Source: a virus (taxonomy: Duplodnaviria; Caudoviricetes). Taken from it: 61,688 bases of DNA. The stretch is taken from positions 1-61,688 of the IMG/VR virus record IMGVR_UViG_3300012894_000058; one strand, given 5' to 3'. Shown in pieces: positions 54,955 to 61,688 of this stretch (positions within the stretch are counted from its first letter, which is position 1; the number at the start of each line of letters is the position of its first letter). The translations under genes and the position numbers were made by a program. The notes under the pieces are model-generated. The model searched no databases. It saw only the letters and a program-made list of their open reading frames with translations, and was not told where the DNA came from.

Positions 54955-55232
54955 GACCGCACCGCCTTGTTCCACTCGTGCAGCACCAAGTCCCAGGCGC
55001 GGCCATGCCCACGCACCGGTACCTGACGAATCACGCGCAGGCGCACGGCGGGTTCGGTGGGCAGGTCGAGCACGCGCTCGAAGCGCTCGTGCTGGGGGAC
55101 GCTGGCAGCCCAGCCATCATCAGGGTCGGGAGTGTAGGTATGGTTGAGCACGGCAACCTCCTGAAGGCGCAGTTTGGGAAGCGAGGCCACGAGAGCCACG
55201 CCGAGAGCGAGGGTCAGGACGGTGAGCATCAC
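54951..55232 (-). CDS. Hypothetical protein with N-terminal hydrophobic segment
   Basis: 93 aa; overlaps on both sides. Confidence 0.55.
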   Translation of the reverse strand: MMLTVLTLALGVALVASLPKLRLQEVAVLNHTYTPDPDDGWAASVPQHERFERVLDLPTEPAVRLRVIRQVPVRGHGRAWDLVLHEWNKAVRS

Positions 55233-56161
55233 TGGCCTCCTGAAGCGAACAGCGGCCCGAGTTCGTCGGTCGCCGCCACCACTTGAACAGCGGGTTTCTG
55301 TTTTTCCGGCTTCCGGTCAGGTGAACGCACAGCCCCGCGCCGGCCCTTCTCGACGCCAAGCATCTTCCGCAACGCTTCGACGGATGCCCAGCCACCATCT
55401 GCGACACAGGCGCAGAACTCGTCCAGCACGGGGATGCCGCGCGGAGTGACCATGTTGATCAGGTTGGGCACGTTCTCCAGCACGAAGGTCGCGGGTTTCA
55501 ACTCGACGATCAGACGGGCGAACTCGAAGATCAGGCTGTTGCGCTCGTCCAGCACATCGCGCTTTCCGGCCGTGCTGAACCCCTGGCACGGAGGCCCACC
55601 AAACAGCACGTCCAACTCGCCCGCCTCCAACTCCAGGGCGTCAAGCACCTGCTGACCGGAGAACTTGCGGATGTCGCCGAAGAAGACGTGCGATGTCCCG
55701 CGCATCTCGGGGTAATGGCTGATCCAACCGCCGCCCGCCGTGGGCATCAGATCGAGTTGCGCTTTCATTTCGGGCGTGAACTGCTGGCCCGCGTCCAAGG
55801 CCTCCTGAACCTGCCGGAGATGGCGGTTCCCGTTACGTGTCAGCTCCTTGTTGAGCCGTTCCTTGTCTTCGGCGTCTGCGTAGTGCATCTCTACCTGCCC
55901 GAAGCGGCAGAGATTCATCATGTAGGTGATGGTGGCATCGGCAGCATGCTCGAACATGCCGATCACTTCGATGCCGGCCTGTTTCATGCCACAGCTGAAT
56001 CCGCCTGCTCCGGCGAACAGGTCAAGGCCAAGCACGCCATCGCCATAGCGGTGGCGGCCCTTGCGTGCCAGTGTGCGCGGGATCGTCAGTCCGCTCCGGG
56101 TTTGAGTCCAGGTGGCTGCAGCGCCGGGCGAGGGTTTGGGAACGTATAGGTTACCCGTCAT
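55229..56161 (-). CDS. C5-cytosine methyltransferase-like protein, N-terminal half only
   Basis: FAGAGG (I), GGPPCQGFS (IV), ENV (VI); motifs VIII-X and TRD not visible. Confidence 0.8.
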   Translation of the reverse strand: MTGNLYVPKPSPGAAATWTQTRSGLTIPRTLARKGRHRYGDGVLGLDLFAGAGGFSCGMKQAGIEVIGMFEHAADATITYMMNLCRFGQVEMHYADAEDKERLNKELTRNGNRHLRQVQEALDAGQQFTPEMKAQLDLMPTAGGGWISHYPEMRGTSHVFFGDIRKFSGQQVLDALELEAGELDVLFGGPPCQGFSTAGKRDVLDERNSLIFEFARLIVELKPATFVLENVPNLINMVTPRGIPVLDEFCACVADGGWASVEALRKMLGVEKGRRGAVRSPDRKPEKQKPAVQVVAATDELGPLFASGGQ

Positions 56162-56379
56162 CAGCGGGCCGCCAGCGTGTAAGCGTTTCCGGTGCCGCCG
56201 GTCTGATGCCGCTGGGCCGCCGATTGGTCAGCATGGGCGACGTGGCCCCGTTTGGTCATTCGGTAAAGGGTGCTGTAGACGACGGTGCAGTCAGCTGGGG
56301 CCAGTGCCCGGATCAACTGGCCGGCGGTCAGAGGCGAGACCGTGCTGAGCACCGTGGTGATGCGCTGGTCGAGGGTCAT
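56161..56379 (-). CDS. Small winged-helix protein
   Basis: PLTAGQLI...VYSTLYRMTKRGHV. Confidence 0.6.
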   Translation of the reverse strand: MTLDQRITTVLSTVSPLTAGQLIRALAPADCTVVYSTLYRMTKRGHVAHADQSAAQRHQTGGTGNAYTLAAR

Positions 56380-56467
56380 CAGTCCATCACCTCCTGGGTC
56401 TCGTAACGGCGCAGCGCCACGAGGTAGCAGGCCAGCAGCACGGCGAGCAGGAAGGCAGCACGGTTCA

Positions 56468-56935
56468 TCAACCCTCCCGCTGCATCACGCAGGAGGCGCA
56501 GGACATGAAGTCGGCAGGCTTGCCGCAGTCGTGGCAGAGGCAGAGGCCGTGTGATTCCGGAGCGATCACCGGCGCGGTGTCAGCGAGCAGCTGGGCAAGT
56601 CCGTAGCCCAGGGACAGCATCAGCATTCCGGACTTCATATCGACGGATGCGAGCGACTGCCCGCGTGCCTGCGCAGCCTTGGCGATGACGGCCAGCTCGT
56701 CGCGGTCGAACCGCGCCATGGTGTAGGTGTCGGGCAGGAAGGGCAGGTCGTGGGTCGCCAGTTCCAGCACGACCATCTCGGCGATGCAGGTGTCGAGCGC
56801 CTGGTCTGCCGCGCTGAGCTTGTCCCAGGCCATGCGCTCCGGCGCGACTTTGCGACCCTGCTGGAGCATGCCGTCGCGCCAGGAACGATGCACGACCTTG
56901 GCGAGCGCGTGGGACGTGAGGGGTGAGCGACTCAC
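56468..56935 (-). CDS. Hypothetical protein with C-terminal zinc finger
   Basis: CHDC...CASC. Confidence 0.6.
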   Translation of the reverse strand: MSRSPLTSHALAKVVHRSWRDGMLQQGRKVAPERMAWDKLSAADQALDTCIAEMVVLELATHDLPFLPDTYTMARFDRDELAVIAKAAQARGQSLASVDMKSGMLMLSLGYGLAQLLADTAPVIAPESHGLCLCHDCGKPADFMSCASCVMQREG

Positions 56936-57360
56936 AGCGTCACACCCTGGTTGCGCTCCAGACTTTCGAGCATCGCCACGCAGACGGCGGCCGTCTGAAT
57001 CAACTCCGCCTTCAGGTTCAGCAGGTGTTCGGTGTGCTGGAAGTCCAAGGCCTCGACTCTTTCCATCTGGCCTTCAATGGCGTTCAACGCCTCGGCTTTC
57101 TGGAAGGCCGCTTCAGCCTCGACAACTTCCTTGCTGACTTCACCGAACTCTTCGCCGAGAATCGCCAGCCAGAACAGCGGGCGGTGGTTCTGCTGGCTCC
57201 ACTTGGCGTCCTGTTTGACCCGCTCGTTGAGGATCAGGGTCAGCACCTGATCGGTCTTGTCGGCGCGCTGGTCGGCAGGCGTTCCGTAGGTGTCACAGGT
57301 CATGCACTGGCCGAAGTCGTCGAGCTGGGCACCGCACTCCCGGCAGGTGTCGCCGCTCAT
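56932..57360 (-). CDS. MazG-like nucleotide pyrophosphohydrolase
   Basis: ERVKQDAKW, ILGEEFGEV, ELIQTAAV; N-terminal CxxC pair. Confidence 0.75.
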   Translation of the reverse strand: MSGDTCRECGAQLDDFGQCMTCDTYGTPADQRADKTDQVLTLILNERVKQDAKWSQQNHRPLFWLAILGEEFGEVSKEVVEAEAAFQKAEALNAIEGQMERVEALDFQHTEHLLNLKAELIQTAAVCVAMLESLERNQGVTL

Positions 57361-57602
57361 GCGCTCACCGCCACAATCACAGGCAGCACGGCGCGGTAGA
57401 CGCCAGCGCACATCTGGCCGCTCGCGTCCACCTCCTCGCACTCGGCGTTCAGCCAGTTCAAGTTCTTCTTCTCGCCGCAGACCGAGCAGACACAGAACGT
57501 CGCGCCTGCTGCCTCAGCCGTCGCTCGGCGCTTCGCGTCGCGGACATCCTGGCGGGCATCGAAGTCGCTCACGGCCTCCAGATCGAGGTCAGTCCGCGGC
57601 AT
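57357..57602 (-). CDS. Small Cys-containing protein
   Basis: 81 aa, CSVC; overlaps on both sides. Confidence 0.55.
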   Translation of the reverse strand: MPRTDLDLEAVSDFDARQDVRDAKRRATAEAAGATFCVCSVCGEKKNLNWLNAECEEVDASGQMCAGVYRAVLPVIVAVSA

Positions 57603-57780
57603 GGGCGGCCTCCGCTTTCTCGCGCTCGACGCGCTCTAGCACGGTGCGGGTCAGTTCACGCAGCCGAGCGATGCGGCCTGGGATCGTGCGCGGGTCGCCC
57701 GGCACGATCACCAAGTTCTCCAGGCCCGGAATGTCCCGGTACGAGGGACGATCAGGCGCGGGGAAATCTTGTACACTCAT
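57589..57780 (-). CDS. Small hypothetical protein
   Basis: 63 aa from MSVQDF, GGAGA RBS. Confidence 0.55.
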   Translation of the reverse strand: MSVQDFPAPDRPSYRDIPGLENLVIVPGDPRTIPGRIARLRELTRTVLERVEREKAEAAHAAD

Positions 57781-57841
57781 GGCATCTCCGTTCAATCTTT
57801 GAATGCCCCCGGCTCTGACCCCGGGGGTTTTTCGTCTCGGC

Positions 57842-58093
57842 TTACGCCGTGGCCGTTGCCTCTTCACTCAATGCCTTAAAAGTTGAATCAGGTATCAACT
57901 CTGCGACAGCAACATTGAGATGAGGGGCGATCTTGCGCAAGCTCTCGAGAGATGGAGAAAATTCTCCAGATTCCCACGTAGCGATCATCCGGGCGTTTCC
58001 TTCACCTCCCAGAGCTAGCGCAGCCAGTTGACGCATTGAGAGGCCCGCTGCCGCGCGGGCCGCCTTGATGCGTGCTGCTATGGTTTCTGGCAT
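57842..58093 (-). CDS. Cro-like XRE regulator
   Basis: RIKAARAAAGLSMRQLA...WESGEFSPS; divergent from repressor. Confidence 0.85.
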   Translation of the reverse strand: MPETIAARIKAARAAAGLSMRQLAALALGGEGNARMIATWESGEFSPSLESLRKIAPHLNVAVAELIPDSTFKALSEEATATA

Positions 58094-58201
58094 GACTCAA
58101 GATACATCTATCAACACTGGAGGGTCAATACTTGAATCATGAACCCTGGCAGGTGTTGATAGTTGTGCCTACAGTTGGCATAGTATGTTCCATGTTGATA
58201 C
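58094..58201. promoter_or_regulatory. Divergent immunity promoter/operator region
   Basis: Minus strand TTGACC-N18-TATCTT-N5-ATG (leaderless cro); TAGTAT-N5-ATG for repressor; three TGTTGATA half-sites (about 58109 reverse, 58154, 58193). Confidence 0.65.
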
Positions 58202-58710
58202 CACTCTCTACACTCACGGCGGATGCGATGGTCATGACGCATGAGTCAGGGCTGGACGATCCCCGCGTGTTGGGAGATCGTCTGCGTCAGTACATCCGGC
58301 GGGCCGGCAAAACACAGGCTAAAGTTGCAGACGAGGTAGGTATGGACCCTACCTATCTCTCGCAGTTGGTGAACGGTCGAGTTAATTGGGTGAAGAGCGA
58401 CTACTTTCGTGCACTAGTGAACGCACTTGACATACCAGTTGATGACATCGCTGAACTCAACCCGAGTGCTGTCTTTTCGGTGACTGCCGAAAAGCAGGGC
58501 GAGCAGAAAAAACCAAAGCGCCCGATCTCGGACAGCCTGAAGGAAGCCGCTGCCATCTACGGCGGGCGGTTCCCTGATTTGGCTACCCCGCTTTGGCAAG
58601 ATTACTTAGAGTCATTTCGCCCGCGTGGATTGAGAGCCGATACCCCAGAAGCATGGCTGGACCTCTACCGCGACCTCGCCAAACACGGAATCACACCCGG
58701 CGGAAATTAA
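58192..58710 (+). CDS. XRE repressor with DdrO-like C-terminal domain
   Basis: HTH TQAKVADEVGMDPTYLSQLVNG; C-terminal TPLWQDYLESFRPRGLRADTPEAWLDLYRDL; start uncertain. Confidence 0.85.
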   Translation: MLIPLSTLTADAMVMTHESGLDDPRVLGDRLRQYIRRAGKTQAKVADEVGMDPTYLSQLVNGRVNWVKSDYFRALVNALDIPVDDIAELNPSAVFSVTAEKQGEQKKPKRPISDSLKEAAAIYGGRFPDLATPLWQDYLESFRPRGLRADTPEAWLDLYRDLAKHGITPGGN

Positions 58711-59345
58711 TGCGAGATGCCACCTTCGCCTACCTCAACCGCCTCGTGGCAGAACACAAGAAGATCGGATACACCACCGACCCCTACCGGGCAGCGGCTC
58801 TAAAAGGGATTCGAATCATCAAGGGTGACAGCAACTGTGCCAGCGCTGGCCCTCCTGCTGTGATTGTGCTGACGGAAGATCGCTATCTCGCGCGGCAGCG
58901 GTTCACGATCTTCCACGAGATTAACCACGTCGAGATGCAGCGGTATGAGCTGGAAGACGCCATTGCTGCCGAGGTGGACGAAGACGACGCTGACGCCCAC
59001 ATCGAAGCTGTTGCCAACTTCGGAGCTGGGCTGATGCTGATGCCTGAACCGATGATCCGGAACGTTCTCCGAGAATACGGCCACACTCCAGAGGCCGTAC
59101 TCAAGCTTATGGGTGTGGGACGGGTATCTCTACCCGCTGCAATGCGCCGTTACGTCAGCCATGACCTTGAGGCTGAGCGGGCTGCCTTTATTACCAGCGG
59201 CACTTATATCGCCGACACGGCCACCTGCGGTCGAGCACTGCCCTTCATCCGATACGACCGTGTGCCGGAAGTGCAAACGGTTGTTCCAGACGCATCCTTG
59301 ATGGTCGTGTCTCCGAAGAAAGTGTTGGGCGTGGTGTCGTGGTGA
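58710..59345 (+). CDS. ImmA/IrrE-family metallopeptidase
   Basis: RQRFTIFHEINH, E..AN.GA..MLMP, VS..AA.RR; TAATG coupling to repressor. Confidence 0.9.
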   Translation: MRDATFAYLNRLVAEHKKIGYTTDPYRAAALKGIRIIKGDSNCASAGPPAVIVLTEDRYLARQRFTIFHEINHVEMQRYELEDAIAAEVDEDDADAHIEAVANFGAGLMLMPEPMIRNVLREYGHTPEAVLKLMGVGRVSLPAAMRRYVSHDLEAERAAFITSGTYIADTATCGRALPFIRYDRVPEVQTVVPDASLMVVSPKKVLGVVSW

Positions 59346-59611
59346 GGCGACATCTTCAGCTGCTCGCTTCCGGAGCGACAATGTTTGCCCTCGGAGCGGC
59401 CCTCCTGATCTGGTATGCCACTGGCATCAAGCCCGGTGTCACGTTCGTTGACAGATCAGCCTTTGACAAGGTTGCTGAGCACATCGGGTTATTTCTGATT
59501 ATTTATGGGCCTTTGATTTTCTATAGAAAGTGGCGATTCGAAAGCAACAGAGAGTCAGTAGCTGCAGAAAAGGAGCAAACTCAAAAGCTGTCACCTGACA
59601 TGCATCTCTGA
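59339..59611 (+). CDS. Small two-TM membrane protein
   Basis: Two hydrophobic segments. Confidence 0.6.
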   Translation: MVRRHLQLLASGATMFALGAALLIWYATGIKPGVTFVDRSAFDKVAEHIGLFLIIYGPLIFYRKWRFESNRESVAAEKEQTQKLSPDMHL

Positions 59612-59627
59612 GCCTTTGAGCACGTAG

Positions 59628-59978
59628 ACCGCGCCCGCTCGGCCAGCGGGGGAAGGGGGGGATTGGGGGAAGCATGACTGATCGAAAGAAACCAACTGCC
59701 GAAAAAGGCGAGCGAAAAGAAGTCGTCATCCTTCGAATACTGATCGCATGCGGCATTGTCATGGCGATCAGCGCAGTCGCCCAATACAACAGCTTGCTCC
59801 AGCTCAAATATCTGACTGGCTGGCCGACCCCCACCGACTTCAACAACTGCATTGTTCTGATCGTCTGTGGAGTGGTGTTGACATTGTTCGCTTCCTGGCA
59901 TCTCTGGAAGCGGGCAAAGCGGTGACCCCCGTCGACGGCCTCTAGCGTTTCACCGCGCCCGCTCGGCCAGCGGGGGAA
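59628..59978 (+). repeat. 27-bp exact direct repeat (59628-59654 and 59952-59978)
   Basis: ACCGCGCCCGCTCGGCCAGCGGGGGAA twice, each before a moron start. Confidence 0.9.
59674..59925 (+). CDS. Small two-TM membrane protein
   Basis: Two hydrophobic segments, basic ends. Confidence 0.65.
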   Translation: MTDRKKPTAEKGERKEVVILRILIACGIVMAISAVAQYNSLLQLKYLTGWPTPTDFNNCIVLIVCGVVLTLFASWHLWKRAKR

Positions 59979-60003
59979 CTGGGAAGGGAAGGTGTACATA
60001 TAA

Positions 60004-61104
60004 ATGGCAATTTGGCGAGCTTATATTGACGATAGCGGTTCCGATGGAGCAGTTCTATTTCCAGATTTCTCTAAAAAACCTGTTGACCCGATGGACGGGT
60101 CAACGAAGCTGAAGGGGATGATGTCTCCAGTAACTTCAGTTGGTTTAGCTGCTTTCCAGACTAACCGTTGCGTTAGTGTTGTTGCGGAATGGATGAACTT
60201 CACGGCGAGAATAAAGCGAGATTTTCGTCTTTCAGGAGACGATTTACCTAAGATACATATGCGTTATCTCTGGGGTAGGAATTCTTTTAGAGACAGGCAT
60301 AAAAATCCTTATTTTGGTATGCCGGAAGAGCACAGAAATAGAATCTCTGCGGACGCGTATAACCTACTTATAGATATTGCACGCAGAGAAAAGGGGTATC
60401 TCCGAACATTCTATTCTACTAAAATTGATGGGCAAGAAAATTCATATTCTTTTTTCAATTCAGAAAGACAGATGCAAGATAGACAGATCATTTACTCTCG
60501 TTTCAGTAAGGATCATATTGCCGAAAAATATTACAATCTTATATTACAACCCACAATGAGCTTAATATCTCAAGCAACAATAATTCTCTCAGATCAAATT
60601 GGTGTCGGAGGGGATGTAGCAATAATCAATTATGATGATTCTGATGCATCTAAGGGATTCGATGCCGCAGATCTTTTTGATGTGATGCATGATTTCGGAT
60701 TTGCAGAGTCTTTGGTATACGGCGATCATGGCAAGAAAGTAAATTCATGCCTTCTTCAGATGGCAGATCTTATGAGCTTCTATGCGTACAAGAAAATACT
60801 ATCTCAACACCGACAAGAGCCGAACTGGGAAAGAAATAATTTCTCCCGTGTTTGCTATCAAGTAAACAAATATTTCAAACAAGACTCTTCGCCGACAGGA
60901 TCAGTATCGCCGTCAACTCAGGGAACTGCGATGCACTATTTAGTGGCTCGCCGGTATCTCGAAAGTATTGATCCTGCATGGGTGGAGCGCCATCTGCTTA
61001 CTGCAGGTGAACTGCACGCCAGCCTCTCCCCTGAACGTCCAGGCGTTTCCATCGTCCGGGACAGCAGCCATGCGTACTTTATGCAGCATAGGCGTCTACC
61101 ATAA
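60004..61104 (+). CDS. DUF3800-like (RNase H-fold) protein
   Basis: N-terminal AYIDDSG, central YDD, C-terminal LLQMADL; AT-rich. Confidence 0.75.
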   Translation: MAIWRAYIDDSGSDGAVLFPDFSKKPVDPMDGSTKLKGMMSPVTSVGLAAFQTNRCVSVVAEWMNFTARIKRDFRLSGDDLPKIHMRYLWGRNSFRDRHKNPYFGMPEEHRNRISADAYNLLIDIARREKGYLRTFYSTKIDGQENSYSFFNSERQMQDRQIIYSRFSKDHIAEKYYNLILQPTMSLISQATIILSDQIGVGGDVAIINYDDSDASKGFDAADLFDVMHDFGFAESLVYGDHGKKVNSCLLQMADLMSFYAYKKILSQHRQEPNWERNNFSRVCYQVNKYFKQDSSPTGSVSPSTQGTAMHYLVARRYLESIDPAWVERHLLTAGELHASLSPERPGVSIVRDSSHAYFMQHRRLP

Positions 61105-61108
61105 ATGT

Positions 61109-61213
61109 CAAGAGGCCGCGCGAAGCGGCCCCTCTGCAAGAAATTTACCATGCAGTCTGCGGAACGTCAACGTGCCCAGACCACCAAACGGGTGGATAAA
61201 GGAATCCTCTTGC
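61109..61213 (+). ncRNA. Candidate structured RNA downstream of DUF3800 gene
   Basis: Several complementary stems read by eye, no U-tract; see findings. Confidence 0.4.
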
Positions 61214-61262
61214 CCATGACCCGCCCCACCGCCATCTACCTGCGTATCTGGGCATTCCGCCC

Positions 61263-61688
61263 ATGACCCGCACCCTGTCCTACGCCCGGGTGTCCTCGGT
61301 GATGCAAGTGGACGGCTACAGCCTCCAGGCACAACGAGAGCGAGCCGCCGACTACGCCCGCTTCCGCAACTGGGAGCCGCCCATGCACTTCGCCGACGAA
61401 GGCGTCAGCGGCCGGCGCGACACCCGGCCCGGCCTGTCTGCCCTGCTGGCGGCCGTTCGGCCCGGCGACGTGGTGATCGTCAAAGACCTGACACGCATCG
61501 GGCGCGGCGGTGCGGTGCAGACGCTCGGCATCATTCGACAGATCGAGCAGGCCGGGGCCAGCGTCGCCTTGATCGACCAGAACATCGACACCAGCACGCC
61601 CACCGGCAAGATGATGCTCACCATCATGGCGGCCTTCTCGGAGCTGGAGATCGAGCAGACGCGCGAGCGCGGCATGATCGGCAAGGCC
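61263..61688 (+). CDS. Serine recombinase, probable integrase (5' part, runs off window)
   Basis: Not in ORF track; MTRTLSYARVSSVMQVDGYSLQAQ...DEGVSG...RPGL...DLTRIGR...DTSTPTGKMMLTIMAAFSELE. Confidence 0.9.
   Translation, partial: MTRTLSYARVSSVMQVDGYSLQAQRERAADYARFRNWEPPMHFADEGVSGRRDTRPGLSALLAAVRPGDVVIVKDLTRIGRGGAVQTLGIIRQIEQAGASVALIDQNIDTSTPTGKMMLTIMAAFSELEIEQTRERGMIGKA

Larger units (their letters stand above)
1..61688. mobile_element. Temperate siphovirus-like prophage, probably of Deinococcus; core about 6629-61688, left boundary uncertain, right end beyond the window
   Basis: Lambda-like module order: recombinase, immunity, replication, terminase/portal/capsid, tail with long tape measure, lysis; no sheath gene seen. 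Confidence 0.93.

Noticed and set aside
1-61688. CRISPR array, tRNA/rRNA, IS transposase, reverse transcriptase/DGR
   Set aside because: None seen by eye; repeats are dispersed or two-copy rather than regularly spaced

Overview
Almost the whole window is a GC-rich temperate siphovirus-like prophage, most likely from Deinococcus (inferred from an NPCBM lipoprotein, a DdrO-like repressor with an IrrE/ImmA-like protease, and leaderless-style promoters). Most phage genes are on the minus strand. From right to left the modules are: serine recombinase (cut by the window edge); morons including a DUF3800-like gene followed by a structured intergenic region; immunity switch; early and replication genes (MazG-like, truncated C5-methyltransferase, Bet/RecT, initiator with internal origin, DnaB, PAPS-reductase family, RusA); packaging and head; tail; lysis; and a mosaic left end with two lipoprotein morons. 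The strongest oddities are: (1) a Cap3-like JAB protease gene coupled between TerL and portal; (2) a phage-borne DdrO/IrrE-like switch; (3) DUF3800 plus a candidate ncRNA; (4) a ~10 kb accessory/defence island between the tail chaperone and tape measure genes, containing a 43-bp symmetric promoter; (5) a 17-bp palindrome in five copies, two inside genes. All calls come from reading motifs by eye; no searches or folding programs were run. Many starts were adjusted from the ORF track using RBS and overlap evidence. att sites were not found.
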